Source: Deltaproteobacteria bacterium
Lineage (GTDB): Bacteria; Myxococcota_A; Polyangia; Polyangiales; Polyangiaceae
Assembly (NCBI GenBank): GCA_043780025.1
Contig: JAYWEH010000724.1
Coordinates: 1 to 53,414, forward strand
Direction of reading: 5' to 3'
Length of the DNA: 53,414 nucleotides
The position numbers and the translations under genes are program-made. How positions within the stretch are numbered: the stretch's first letter is position 1; each line of letters begins with the position of its first letter. The notes beneath the pieces were generated by a model that saw nothing but the letters and a program-made list of their open reading frames with translations, was not told the origin of the DNA and did not search any database. This document shows, piece after piece, positions 1 to 9,590 of this stretch.

Positions 1-314
1 TCGGGACGCCGTGAGCGCGACGCTCAAAGCGAGTTCCGAAATGTTCGCAACAGGTGTGATTGAGCGCTGCCGCCAAACGGTCACGAAAGCGTCAAAAAAC
101 CCACGCTGATGGGAGCTTCAGAGCAGCACCGAGTACGGGATCGCCGGCGGTCCAGTTTCGACGCGACGCTCGAGGAAACCGCGGCACTGAGTCGTGCGAC
201 TAAATGCAGCGATGCGCGTCTTCGCCGCCGCAATTTCCATAAGCCCCGAGGCGACGTGGGGGAATGCCACACGCCCGTCTGCTCGAGGCCCAGACTGCGT
301 CTAAAAACGTTGCC

Positions 315-902
315 TCACGAACGGTGGCCGTTCGAACGAGCTCGCGCGGCACGGCGCTTCACGCGCCCCAACTCCTCGCGATCGACGACCCAACCGCGGC
401 AGCTCGGCGAACCACATAGACATGGAATCGCCGATTCCGCGGGCCAGCCATAGTCGATGGTGAGTTGCTCGCTCGGACGGACCGTGCGCAGCGCATGCAC
501 CCAGATCTGGGGCGGGGCATGCCGCGTGCTCTCCCACTCGAGCAGCTCGCAGTTCGGCTCACAGCTGTGGTTCAGGTAACGGAACGGCGCCTTGGGATCG
601 AGCACGCCGAGGTCACCCATGTCGACGACGTAGTCGGGATCGTAGTCGTCACTCGTGATGAGCTTCCCTGCCATTGGGCCAATGGTCTGCCGCTTACGAA
701 AGAGCTTGCGGGCGAACAAACCCTTGCCGGCACTGGTCGGCTTGACCGCTATGACTTTGCGCCATTCAAATTTTTCTCGAGCCGTTTTCTTGGGCACGGC
801 TTTCGACGCGGCTGGAGGTGATGCCGCTCGAGGTGATGCCGCTCGAGGTGATGCGGACCGAGCCGATTCGCTAGAGGATGGGGTGCGTGGTGGGGTTCGC
901 AC
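315..902 (-). CDS. SET-domain protein (putative protein-lysine N-methyltransferase)
   Basis: 195-aa ORF. The C-terminal half carries SET hallmarks (FRYLNHSCEPNCELLEW, LTIDYGW) and a post-SET-like CLCGSPSCRGW. The N-terminus is S/P/R/A low complexity. The start is a GTG and the frame stays open upstream to about 1040, so the start is uncertain. Confidence 0.8.
   Translation of the reverse strand: MRTPPRTPSSSESARSASPRAASPRAASPPAASKAVPKKTAREKFEWRKVIAVKPTSAGKGLFARKLFRKRQTIGPMAGKLITSDDYDPDYVVDMGDLGVLDPKAPFRYLNHSCEPNCELLEWESTRHAPPQIWVHALRTVRPSEQLTIDYGWPAESAIPCLCGSPSCRGWVVDREELGRVKRRAARARSNGHRS
815..859. repeat. 15-bp tandem repeat (GAGGTGATGCCGCTC, about 3 copies) inside the 5' part of the SET gene
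   Basis: Direct reading: copies at 815-829 and 830-844, with a degenerate copy at 845-859. On the minus strand they encode SPRAA-SPRAA-SPPAA. Confidence 0.7.
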
Positions 903-915
903 GGTGGTTGGCGAG

Positions 916-975
916 GCGGAGGCTCGCAGACTGGAGGCTCGCGAAGTGGAGCCTCGCGAAGCGGAGGATTGTCGA
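916..975. repeat. 15-bp periodic repeat (GCGGAGGCTCGCAGA-like, 4 copies) just upstream of the annotated SET start
   Basis: Units at 916-930, 931-945, 946-960 and 961-975 share GGAGSCTCGCRA. The repeat is in frame with the SET ORF and has no stop. Confidence 0.6.
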
Positions 976-1044
976 GATTGCAGATGGGTCTCGCTGAGAT
1001 GGGGTGGGCGCGGAACATATTCGTACGTCCGACTCAGTCAAGCC

Positions 1045-2037
1045 TCATCGCGCGCATCGCAGATTTGAAATGACATCGTGCGAAAGCGTTACCGGCTCTC
1101 GGCACAGTCGCTCGAGATCAAATGTGTCACGCAATTCGGAGATCTGCGGCCGATCGTCGAGTTGAAATCCGCTGCTCGCCGCGATCCACCCCAAGATCGC
1201 ACGCGCATCGGTGCCCGACTCGCGCAGAGACGCGAGGCTCAGATCATCAGCGCGTTTGGCGAGCCGGCGGCCAGACTCATCGAGCACTAACGGCACGTGA
1301 AACCATGCGGGCGCGACCAATTCGAGCGCGCGCCCGATCAAAATTTGACGCGCGGTGCTGGAGAGCAGATCGTCGCCTCGAAACACTTCTGTGACACCCT
1401 GGGCGGCATCATCGACGACCACTGCCAGCTGATATGCCGGGTGACGCGCACGATTGGTGAGGACGAAATCGCCCACGTCGGCGGCCACGTCGAAGCTCTG
1501 AGGCCCCAAGATGCCGTCGCAAAATGACACGCTACCGTCGGGAGCACTCAATCGGAGCGCGCTCGGCCTATTTCCGGCCACAGCCGGCCTAGAACCAACC
1601 GGCCGACACGTGCCCGGATAACGCAGTTCTTCGTCGCCGCGCTGCGGGGCGCTCGCGGCCTGCTTCAGATCGGCGCGCGAGCAGAAACATTCGTACGCGT
1701 GACCCGCGAGCAACAAGGACCGAGCTGCTTCGCGCACGCGATCTAGACCCGTGGACTGCAACACGGCGGGACCATCCCAATCGAGACCCAGCCACTCGAG
1801 ATCTTCGACCACCCCGCGCACGAGTTCCGGGCGGCAGCGAGCCGCATCCAGATCTTCGAGCCTCAATCGAAGCTGCCCGCCCCGGCTCCGCACATGCGCC
1901 CACGCGAGCACGAACGTGCGCGCATGGCCGAGATGCAATCGACCACTCGGACTCGGAGCCAACCGGCCTACGATCGCAGCGGGCTCCGCCATCAGATCCA
2001 GCCCCATAGATTCGTCACGAGCTCGATGTGTAGGCAA
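1045..2037 (-). CDS. gluQ: tRNA glutamyl-Q(34) synthetase (GluQRS / YadB family)
   Basis: GRLAPSPSGRLHLGHARTFVLAW is a class I HIGH-type motif. The length (about 300 aa) matches a truncated GluRS catalytic domain without an anticodon-binding domain. The real start may be the internal Met at about 1992. Confidence 0.85.
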   Translation of the reverse strand: MPTHRARDESMGLDLMAEPAAIVGRLAPSPSGRLHLGHARTFVLAWAHVRSRGGQLRLRLEDLDAARCRPELVRGVVEDLEWLGLDWDGPAVLQSTGLDRVREAARSLLLAGHAYECFCSRADLKQAASAPQRGDEELRYPGTCRPVGSRPAVAGNRPSALRLSAPDGSVSFCDGILGPQSFDVAADVGDFVLTNRARHPAYQLAVVVDDAAQGVTEVFRGDDLLSSTARQILIGRALELVAPAWFHVPLVLDESGRRLAKRADDLSLASLRESGTDARAILGWIAASSGFQLDDRPQISELRDTFDLERLCREPVTLSHDVISNLRCAR

Positions 2038-2094
2038 GCCTTGGGGCCAGCGCCATGGGCTTGACGCTGATTACGGGCGCTGGGCGACAAGGCC

Positions 2095-2739
2095 TTGACG
2101 CTCCCCGACTGCACGGCGGCCCGCAAGCGGGCAACTCCGTTCATGAACTGGATCATCTCAGACGCTGGCGCGTGTCTTGCTTGCGCGGGTACCATGTCGA
2201 TGAGTGTGGACGACGAGGACGAGGAGCGTGCGCCGGTCCGATTGAGCGGTTTCGATTCGAGCGCGCTCAGCGCCCTCGATCTGCTGGCCTTGGCGAGCCG
2301 CGCTGCGGCGCGCATCGCTTGTGAGCAAAGCCTCGCGGTGGAAGCCGCGGCGCGGTTGCTCGAGCAAGCCGCCCTCAGCGAGACCACCGTCTGGGTCGCC
2401 GGTGACGCTGCCGACGAACACACGCGTCGCTTCGAGGCCGCGGGGCACCGCACGGCCACGCTCGTCGATCTCAATCGGCTGCCGCAGCGGGTCCACCAGG
2501 GGGACCTGCTGTTTGTGACCGCCGTCGACGAGGCGCCGTTACCCTTGCTCCTCGAAGCCAGCCGCCGCGGCGTCGACATCATCGTCTTCACCGGCGCGGA
2601 ACGCATCGACTTCGATGCGGGCGTCGTGCTTTTCGTGGCCTGCCAGGACCCGCGCGCCGTCGAGCTCACGCATAGCTTCGTGGTCACTGCGCTGTGCGCG
2701 CAGAGCGTGGACCTGGATCAAGCCGAATCAGCGGCCTGA
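2095..2739 (+). CDS. hypothetical protein, possibly SIS-domain-like
   Basis: The C-terminal half (GDLLFVTAVDEAPLPLLLEASRRGVDIIVFTGAE...VELTHSFVVTALC) resembles the SIS/GmhA fold pattern. The antisense ORF 1992-2687 is S/A/R junk. The start is uncertain (internal MSMSVDD). Confidence 0.45.
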   Translation: MTLPDCTAARKRATPFMNWIISDAGACLACAGTMSMSVDDEDEERAPVRLSGFDSSALSALDLLALASRAAARIACEQSLAVEAAARLLEQAALSETTVWVAGDAADEHTRRFEAAGHRTATLVDLNRLPQRVHQGDLLFVTAVDEAPLPLLLEASRRGVDIIVFTGAERIDFDAGVVLFVACQDPRAVELTHSFVVTALCAQSVDLDQAESAA

Positions 2740-3452
2740 AGCCGTGGCACGGCCCATCGCGATCGCCACCAGCGACGCGCGATCACCAGGGCGATGATGA
2801 AGGCGTGGTAGCCACGCAGGCCACTCGCCTCGTCGGCATAGATCGGCCGCACCGGCGCCTCGGCGATCCGGCAGCGTAGCGCCGCCAGCATGCCGAGCAG
2901 GTCATTGGGGTACCCGTAGCGCGGCCACAGCTCAGCGAGCGGCAGCCGGCGCGCGGCCGGCGCGGACAGCACCGTGAAACCGCACTGGCAGTCGTGCACG
3001 TCGAGCGACGTCGCGAGCCGCGTCAGCAGCGACAGCACAAAGCTCCCCCAACGGCGCGGCAAAGGCATGTGCGCCACCTCGGGGTGAGCCAGTCGATTGC
3101 CTTTGGCGTAATCGTTGCCCCCCAACCAAACGGCCCCGAGCAAGAGAGGCAGCTCCGCTGGATCCATCTGATCATCCGCTGCCATGACGGCCAGCAGATC
3201 GGAGCCGACCGAAAGCGCAGCTAGGTAGCCGGTCACTATCGCGGCGCCGACCCCGCGGTTTTCGCCGTGCCGGAGCAACGTCACGCGCGGATCACCGGCA
3301 CCGAGAGCGCGCTCGCGCGTCGCATCAGTGCTCGCGTCGTCCACCACGAAGATCGCGTCCACGTATTCGGGCAGTTTGCCCAACATGCGCGAGATGAGCC
3401 GTTCTTCCTGAAAGGCCGGAACGACAACGGCCACCTTTGCGCCCTGCCACAT
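2718..3452 (-). CDS. family 2 glycosyltransferase (Dpm1-like)
   Basis: VVVPAFQEERLISRMLGKLPEYVDAIFVVDDASTDAT...LLRHGENRGVGAAIVTGY is a classic GT2 N-terminal pattern. The start is placed at MWQGAKV (3452), directly after the stop of the upstream rhodanese ORF (3455). Confidence 0.8.
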   Translation of the reverse strand: MWQGAKVAVVVPAFQEERLISRMLGKLPEYVDAIFVVDDASTDATRERALGAGDPRVTLLRHGENRGVGAAIVTGYLAALSVGSDLLAVMAADDQMDPAELPLLLGAVWLGGNDYAKGNRLAHPEVAHMPLPRRWGSFVLSLLTRLATSLDVHDCQCGFTVLSAPAARRLPLAELWPRYGYPNDLLGMLAALRCRIAEAPVRPIYADEASGLRGYHAFIIALVIARRWWRSRWAVPRLQAADSA

Positions 3453-3454
3453 AT

Positions 3455-3958
3455 TCAAGAGCGCCGTGGCGAAACCTGAAGAGCCGACACGAGCGCCGGA
3501 GCGTGCCCCGCCGCACGAGCCGCTTCTGCGCGCGTTCGCAACTCCGAGTAGCCACGGCCATCGGCCTGTCCCCGCTCCACGGGCAACCCGCGCTGCTCCC
3601 AACCGGGCAAACGCCGCCCAAATTCGTCGCGCGCGCCCGAGAAGCCGCGCGCGAGCTCCACCAGATTGACGAAGCCCGCTTCCACCAAGCGTTGCACGGC
3701 AACATGCGAGCGCGCACCCGAGCGGCAGCCAATCATCAGCGGGTCCGTGGTTCGGAACAGAGCAGACATCACACTCGAAAATTCCGGGTTATCTACCAGC
3801 CGGTCGCCCTCGACGCACTGCAATGGGACGTTGAGTGCACCGGGTACGCGCGCGGCTTCAAATTCGAGTTCGCTCCGAACGTCAACGTAGGTATACCCAT
3901 GTTCTAGCCAACGATGGGCCTCCTCCGGTAGCACCCGCAACACGTTTGACACAGCCAC
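3455..3958 (-). CDS. rhodanese-like sulfurtransferase domain protein
   Basis: YVDVRSELEFEAARVPGALNVP plus the active-site loop IGCRSGARS. Confidence 0.8.
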   Translation of the reverse strand: MAVSNVLRVLPEEAHRWLEHGYTYVDVRSELEFEAARVPGALNVPLQCVEGDRLVDNPEFSSVMSALFRTTDPLMIGCRSGARSHVAVQRLVEAGFVNLVELARGFSGARDEFGRRLPGWEQRGLPVERGQADGRGYSELRTRAEAARAAGHAPALVSALQVSPRRS

Positions 3959-4118
3959 GTTCTAATTTTCTCGGCTCAATCTACATTAAGCAAGGGCGGC
4001 GTTTGGCCCTGAGTCGAGATTTATACGCTGGCGAGCGAATGTTGACAAAAACGACCGCGGCGTACTTCGCGGCGAGCGCAGCCGTGCGACGCTGGGCGGC
4101 TTCGATCAGCCTGTCAAA

Positions 4119-5804
4119 GTGGAAAGAAGGCCCCGCCCGGTGACCCGAGAGAACGGATCCGCAACGCTTCGCATCGTGCCTCTCGGTGGCCTCGGCGAAG
4201 TCGGCATGAACTGCCTCGCGCTGGAGACCGAGCAGGGCATCCTGGTGCTCGACTGTGGCATCACTTTCCCGGAGGACGACCACGGAGTCGACCTCTTGCA
4301 TCCGGATTTCAGCTACCTGTTCGAGCGCGCGAACAAGGTGCTCGGGGTCTTCTTGACCCACGGCCACGAAGATCACATTGGGGCGTTGCCGTACCTCCTT
4401 TCCAAATTGAACGTGCCCGTGTGGGGTCCAGCGCACGCGCTCAAATTAGCGCTGCGCCGCGTGCGTGACTACGACCCCAAACAGACTCTGAAGGTCGATT
4501 TCAGGACGGTCTCGCCGCGTCAGGTCTATGAGATCGGCCCGTTCCAGGTCGAACCTATCCGCGTCTCGCATTCGATCATCGAGGCCACGGCCCTGCACGT
4601 GCGCACCCCAGCGGGGAACCTGATTCACACCGGGGATTTCAAGTTCGATCGGGATCCTCCCGACGGCGAACCAACGGATGAAGAACGCCTCACGGAGCTC
4701 GGCATACGGGGCGTCGATCTCTTGCTCAGCGACAGCACCAACATTGACAACCGCGGCTCCGCCGGATCGGAGAGCGGCGTCGCCGACGCGCTCGAAGACG
4801 TGATCGGCAGCGCCCGGCAGCGCGTGCTCGTCGGTCTGTTCTCGAGCAACATCCAGCGCCTGATCAGCCTGGGGCAGATCGCCAAGAAAACCGGGCGCAA
4901 GATCGGCCTGCTCGGCCGCAGCCTGCGCACGCACGTCGAAGCGGCGCACGACCTCGGGCACCTCGCATGGAGTAACGACAGTCGCGTCACGAACGAAGAG
5001 CTCGCCAGCTGCGCACCCGCCGATCTATTGGTCCTGGCGGGTGGCACTCAGGCCGAAGCGGGCTCGGCCATGTTCCGGCTCGCGCGCGCGTCGCACCCCG
5101 CGCTCCGCTTGAGCGCGGGTGACCGCGTGATCCTGTCGAGCCGGGTGATCCCCGGCAACGATCGGCGCGTTTCGCGCATGATGAGCGAGTTATTGCGGCT
5201 CGACGTGGACCTGCACACGCACTCGACGAAGAGCGAACTGCACACGAGCGGGCATGCCAATCGAGAAGAGCTGCGCCACATGATGGCGCTGGTGCGGCCA
5301 CGTTGCTTCATCCCCGTGCACGGCGCGCGACATCACCTGCACAATCACGCGCTGCTCGCGAAAATGAGCGGCATCGAGGATTGCCTGGTGATCGAAAACG
5401 GGCAGGTGGCTGGGCTCAGCAACGGGCGCCTTTCCAAACTCGAGCGGGTCAGGTCGGGGCGCGTCGCCATCGATCGCGGACGGGAGCCACTGACCGCGGA
5501 CGTCTTGCATGAGCGCGCTTCACTCGGACGCACCGGCATCGCGCAGGTTTCCCTGGTGCTCGACCCAAGCGGCGCGCTCAAAGGCGAGCTGTTGCTCAAC
5601 ACCTTCGGCGTGGTCGCTTGTGAGTCGGCCGAGGTGACGCGAGAAATCGCCCGCGAAGGCGAGCGGCTGCTGCAAACGCAATCGAAGCTGTGGGAGAGAC
5701 GCGGGCGCGACGCGCGCGAAGAGCTGGAGAAGTTCTTCGCCTGGCGCCTGGAGCGGCTCGTCGGTTCGAGGCCCGCCGTCTCGGTGCACATCAGCCGGCT
5801 GTGA
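4119..5804 (+). CDS. rnj: ribonuclease J (metallo-beta-lactamase/beta-CASP)
   Basis: LRIVPLGGLGEVGMNC, the THGHEDHIGALPYL (HxHxDH) motif, a beta-CASP-like middle region, and a 561-aa length. Confidence 0.9.
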   Translation: MERRPRPVTRENGSATLRIVPLGGLGEVGMNCLALETEQGILVLDCGITFPEDDHGVDLLHPDFSYLFERANKVLGVFLTHGHEDHIGALPYLLSKLNVPVWGPAHALKLALRRVRDYDPKQTLKVDFRTVSPRQVYEIGPFQVEPIRVSHSIIEATALHVRTPAGNLIHTGDFKFDRDPPDGEPTDEERLTELGIRGVDLLLSDSTNIDNRGSAGSESGVADALEDVIGSARQRVLVGLFSSNIQRLISLGQIAKKTGRKIGLLGRSLRTHVEAAHDLGHLAWSNDSRVTNEELASCAPADLLVLAGGTQAEAGSAMFRLARASHPALRLSAGDRVILSSRVIPGNDRRVSRMMSELLRLDVDLHTHSTKSELHTSGHANREELRHMMALVRPRCFIPVHGARHHLHNHALLAKMSGIEDCLVIENGQVAGLSNGRLSKLERVRSGRVAIDRGREPLTADVLHERASLGRTGIAQVSLVLDPSGALKGELLLNTFGVVACESAEVTREIAREGERLLQTQSKLWERRGRDAREELEKFFAWRLERLVGSRPAVSVHISRL

Positions 5805-5903
5805 TCGCTGTTTTTCTGGCGTCGCCTGCGGCGCCGCTCGTTCGGTGTTTCGACATTCCCCGGGCCGCGCTACTCACCGGTGCCCGCTCGGCGGCGCTGG
5901 AGC

Positions 5904-6608
5904 TCAGGCCCCGAGCGGCAGCGCTGGCGGCCGCCCGCACGACGTGCATTCCTTCGGTAGGTGCTGGGCGTGATAGAGCGCCGCGCAGGTCGCGCACCAG
6001 CGGGCGTCCGCTTCGAAGGTGATGGGCACGTTGCTCGCGGTGCAGCGGCGGCCGGCCACTTGCAGGTGCGGCGCCGCCAAGAGCTCCGACGTGTCGTGCT
6101 CGAGCTTCGGCAAGCGCTCGTGAGCCTTGGGTGAAATGTCGACGCGAGCGCCGATGCGTAGCGAGGCCTCGCGCACGATGCGTGCCGCGGCGAAGGCGTG
6201 CGCCGGCAGCACCACACGATGTTCTGCGGTCGCCGTGGCGATGCGCAAGCTATCATCCGAAAGCCGGATGCTCTGGATGTCGCACCAGGGGACCCGCGCC
6301 GCTTCATGGGGCTCACCCAAGATGACCCCCAGATCACCGACCGTGATGCTCGGCGGGCGGCGCGAATTGAGCAGCAGACCCGCGATCAGAAGCAGCGCCC
6401 CGGCGCCCCAAGCAATGCCTGCGCCCCGCATCGGCAGCTCCGCCAGCAATGAGCCATAAACCGCCGCCCCGAGCGCGGCGGAGCCCCCGAGGCCGAGCCC
6501 CAGCGCGGTCCGCGCGCGAGCCGTGCCGAGCGGGGCATAGCGGCGTTCCAGGCGCGCTGACGTCGCTGATGAAAGGTCTTCCGTACGACGTTCGCCCGAG
6601 TTCACCAC
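5904..6608 (-). CDS. hypothetical membrane protein with C-terminal Cys4 motif
   Basis: Two predicted TM stretches (ALGLGLGGSAALGAAVYGSLL and GIAWGAGALLLIAGLLL). The C-terminus has CATC...CTSC. Confidence 0.5.
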   Translation of the reverse strand: MVNSGERRTEDLSSATSARLERRYAPLGTARARTALGLGLGGSAALGAAVYGSLLAELPMRGAGIAWGAGALLLIAGLLLNSRRPPSITVGDLGVILGEPHEAARVPWCDIQSIRLSDDSLRIATATAEHRVVLPAHAFAAARIVREASLRIGARVDISPKAHERLPKLEHDTSELLAAPHLQVAGRRCTASNVPITFEADARWCATCAALYHAQHLPKECTSCGRPPALPLGA

Positions 6609-6645
6609 ACCCCCAGCCTATCACGAGATCGGATACGCTCGCTCC

Positions 6646-7980
6646 ATGGCGCGACGGCTGCTCTTCGTGTTACCCGCGGTGGCCGCCGCCATCGTGCTCT
6701 GGGCCGTCCTGTACGCGGGCGTATCCGAGCCGGTGCTCGCGGTCCAGATTTTTGGCGGTCCGAGCGGCTCCGCGCCGCGTAGTCTGCTGATCACCGCGCT
6801 GCGTACGGATGGCAGCCGAGGGGTACTGGTTCCGGACTTGCCGCTCCGGCTGGGCGCTCGCGCGGGTGGGGCCAACGCCGTGTGGACGGGGTCCACGGAC
6901 GCCACGGGCCACGCCGAGGTGGCCCTCGAGTGGTCGGGCAGCGCCACCGCCCTGCCCGAGGTGACCGTGATTGCGACGGAGACCGGCGTGGTCCTCGGCC
7001 AGGGCACGCTCGACCTGTCCACCGAACGTTGGCTGCGCGGCGCGCGCCAGCAAGGGGGCTGGCTCACCGGTCTCGTGCAAGGCGAACTCGAGCTGCGCGT
7101 GGCCCCGCTCGAGGGCGCCCTGGCGGTACCGTTCGAGACCCAGTTATTGGTCGAGATCACGAAACAAGCGGCAGCGCCCCTCGGCGAGGTGGCTCGCCTG
7201 ATCGCCGAGCTGGATGGCGCCGCGCTCACTCTTCCAGCGTCTTCTGAAGCGCTGTCGAGCGATCTGGCCGGAAAAGCGCGCCTGTCGCTCAGGCCCGAGG
7301 CCCACGCCGTGTCGCTCCGCTTGCGCGCCGAAACTCCGAGCGGAGCGCGCGGCGAATGGTTCGGTGCCTTGCCGGTCGTACCGGGCGCATTGCACGCAGA
7401 GCTCGGCACTGGACGCTTGCGGGTGCGTTCGCCCATTGAACGAAGCCACGCCTATGTGAGCCTGATCACGCGAACGGAGCGGCTCGGGGGAGCCATCCTC
7501 GCCCTGCAGGCGGAGCCGCACGGTGACTTCGAAGCGGAGCTGAGCCTCGAGCCCCCTTTGCTCGAACGGCTGCGAGCGGAGCCGAGCTGGGCAGTCGTTT
7601 CCAGCGAGTTCGACAAGCGTTCACCCGCGGTCGTCGGTTGGCCCATTGGCGCCGCGGCTCGGGACCTGCCGCCGCACACGCTCGACGTGCCGGACCAGCT
7701 GCTGCTCGACGCGGCTCCGGCCGCTCTCGCACTAGACCGCGAGCTCAAGCTCGGGCGCCGCCGCCTCGCAGCGGGGCTTTTGTTGGGGGTCGGTGTGCTG
7801 ATGACGGTGCTGCTCTGGCGGGAAGTTCAGAAGCGCCCGAGCGACGCGCTGAGCGACGCCCTTTCGGGTCCGGACGGAGCAGCCCTCGGCCAGAGCGGGG
7901 GTTGGGTACTCTGGGTCGCGCTCGGGCTCATCCTGCTCGCCGTTCTTGCTCTGACGTATTTCAGCCTGATGCGACGCTGA
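6646..7980 (+). CDS. hypothetical secreted/membrane-anchored protein
   Basis: N-terminal signal-like segment MARRLLFVLPAVAAAIVLWAV and a C-terminal TM segment (WVLWVALGLILLAVLALTYF). No domain recognised. Confidence 0.5.
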   Translation: MARRLLFVLPAVAAAIVLWAVLYAGVSEPVLAVQIFGGPSGSAPRSLLITALRTDGSRGVLVPDLPLRLGARAGGANAVWTGSTDATGHAEVALEWSGSATALPEVTVIATETGVVLGQGTLDLSTERWLRGARQQGGWLTGLVQGELELRVAPLEGALAVPFETQLLVEITKQAAAPLGEVARLIAELDGAALTLPASSEALSSDLAGKARLSLRPEAHAVSLRLRAETPSGARGEWFGALPVVPGALHAELGTGRLRVRSPIERSHAYVSLITRTERLGGAILALQAEPHGDFEAELSLEPPLLERLRAEPSWAVVSSEFDKRSPAVVGWPIGAAARDLPPHTLDVPDQLLLDAAPAALALDRELKLGRRRLAAGLLLGVGVLMTVLLWREVQKRPSDALSDALSGPDGAALGQSGGWVLWVALGLILLAVLALTYFSLMRR

Positions 7981-8022
7981 GCCTTTGCATCGCGCGGCCG
8001 TCAGTTGTAGAGCCGAAGCTCG

Positions 8023-9585
8023 ATGCGAGGCCGGATCCGTCGCCGCTTGGCGCTCGCCATCGTGCTCACGGCGCTGACGCCCGTTTGCGTGGCGATCATG
8101 CTGTCACGCAGCATGTTGACCCAGAGCTCGCAGCGCTTCTTCCTACCGGAAATTGGTCAGCGGCTCGGTCAAGCGTTTGAGCTGTACCAAGACCTGGCCG
8201 TGGCGGTCAAAAGCCGCATGCGCTCCGACGCTGAAGCGATTGCGCGCTCACCCGGGTTGCTGGAAGCGGTCTCCTTCCGAGACAACTCCGCGCTCGAGCG
8301 AGCGCTCCGAGCGGAGCTCACGCGCTATTCCGACCTGGTCAGCCTTTCGGTGCAGGACGACACGGAGCAGCCGCTCGTGGAGGTGGAGCGTGGAGCTCCC
8401 GTCGACCCCGAAAATGAGCTGCTCCTGCATGTGAGCCATGTGATCTCTGGCGGCCTCAGCCTGGAGGCCGTGTTCTCAGCCCCGCGGGCTCGGTTCGAGC
8501 ACCAGAAGGAAGAGATGGGCCACTTCATGGAGACGTACGAGCAGCTCGTGCAGCGGCGCGAAGCCGACGAACGAACCTATCTCGTCGCGTTCTCCGTGCT
8601 GCTCGGCATCACCATCATCGCCGCCGTAGGCGTCGGCAGCGCGCTGGCGCGAGGTGTCTCGACGCGCCTCGCGCGGCTCGCCGGCGCGACGGAACAGGTC
8701 GGCAAAGGCGACCTGCGCCTGCGCGTGGAAGTGAACGGCAGTGACGAGATCAGCGATCTGGCGCGCGCCTTCAATCACATGTTGGGCGAGATCGAGACGA
8801 ATCGCGGCCGCATCGAATACCTGCAGCAACTCGCCACCTGGCAGGGCATGGCTCGGCGCCTCGCCCATGAGATAAAAAATCCGCTCACGCCGATTCAGCT
8901 CGCGGTGCAGGAAATTCACCAGCGTTATACCGGGACCGATGCGGCGTACCGACAGGTGGTCAATACCACCCTGGAAGTCGTCGAAGCCGAGGTCGGCACG
9001 CTGCGCCGTCTGGTCACCGAATTTTCGGATTTCGCCCGCCTGCCGGCGGCCAAGCTGTCGGACGACGACCTGTACGAGTTTCTGCGCGCTCACGCGGGCC
9101 AGCGCTGGCTCACCAACGATCAGCAGGCGGTGAGCGTGCGCTTCGAGGTGCCGGTCGCAGGCCCCGCGCCGGTGCGACTGGATCGGCAAATGTTCCGCCG
9201 CGTCTTGATCAACCTGATCAACAACGCCGCGCAGGCCACCGCGGGCCTGTCCGGCGAACGGCTAATCGTCGTGCGCGCCGATCGCAAAGACGACAAATCG
9301 TTCTACTTGCACGTGGACGACAACGGGCCCGGCATCCCCGAGGCGCTACGCCCGACCATCTTCGATCCGTACGTGACGCACACGGCGGGCGGCACCGGCC
9401 TCGGCCTGGCCATCGTCAAAAAGGTGGTGCTCGAACATGAAGGCGCGATTGACGTGGCGAGCAGCCCGCTCGGGGGCGCGCGCATCACGCTCTCGTTACC
9501 CATCGCTTCCGCCGCGGAGAACCCCAGCCCCGCGTTGCGCGAAAATACCGACCTGAGCCCTCCCCCTCTGGGAGAAACCGCCTGA
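8023..9585 (+). CDS. sensor histidine kinase (NtrY-like, TM-HAMP-HisKA-HATPase)
   Basis: HAMP segment (GDLRLRVEVNGSDEISDLARAFNHMLGEI), H-box HEIKNPLTPIQ, N/G boxes INLINNAAQA, DDNGPGIP and GGTGLGLAIV. Confidence 0.85.
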   Translation: MRGRIRRRLALAIVLTALTPVCVAIMLSRSMLTQSSQRFFLPEIGQRLGQAFELYQDLAVAVKSRMRSDAEAIARSPGLLEAVSFRDNSALERALRAELTRYSDLVSLSVQDDTEQPLVEVERGAPVDPENELLLHVSHVISGGLSLEAVFSAPRARFEHQKEEMGHFMETYEQLVQRREADERTYLVAFSVLLGITIIAAVGVGSALARGVSTRLARLAGATEQVGKGDLRLRVEVNGSDEISDLARAFNHMLGEIETNRGRIEYLQQLATWQGMARRLAHEIKNPLTPIQLAVQEIHQRYTGTDAAYRQVVNTTLEVVEAEVGTLRRLVTEFSDFARLPAAKLSDDDLYEFLRAHAGQRWLTNDQQAVSVRFEVPVAGPAPVRLDRQMFRRVLINLINNAAQATAGLSGERLIVVRADRKDDKSFYLHVDDNGPGIPEALRPTIFDPYVTHTAGGTGLGLAIVKKVVLEHEGAIDVASSPLGGARITLSLPIASAAENPSPALRENTDLSPPPLGETA

Positions 9586-9590
9586 GCACC

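Noticed and set aside
94-240. 40-aa minus-strand ORF (118-240, MEIAAAKTRIAAF...) followed by CCCA-TCAGCG-TGGG plus a T6 run (94-113), read as a small gene with an intrinsic terminator downstream of the SET gene.
   Set aside because: The stem is only 4 bp. The ORF is short and without homology cues. Both are too weak to annotate.
1992-2687. Long antisense or out-of-frame ORFs throughout the window. Examples are 1992-2687(-), 6621-7436(-), 16614-17783(+), 30392-31372(-), 35825-37033(-), 39985-41442(-), 45934-47421(+), 49440-50387(-) and 52218-53174(-).
   Set aside because: They overlap genes with clear homology-type motifs on the other strand or frame. Their translations are Arg/Ala/Ser/Pro-rich nonsense, as expected from stop-codon depletion in roughly 70% GC DNA.
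4041-4046. Perfect TTGACA -35 hexamer in the rhodanese/rnj divergent region.
   Set aside because: No acceptable -10 element lies at 16-18 nt spacing, so a promoter cannot be supported from sequence alone.
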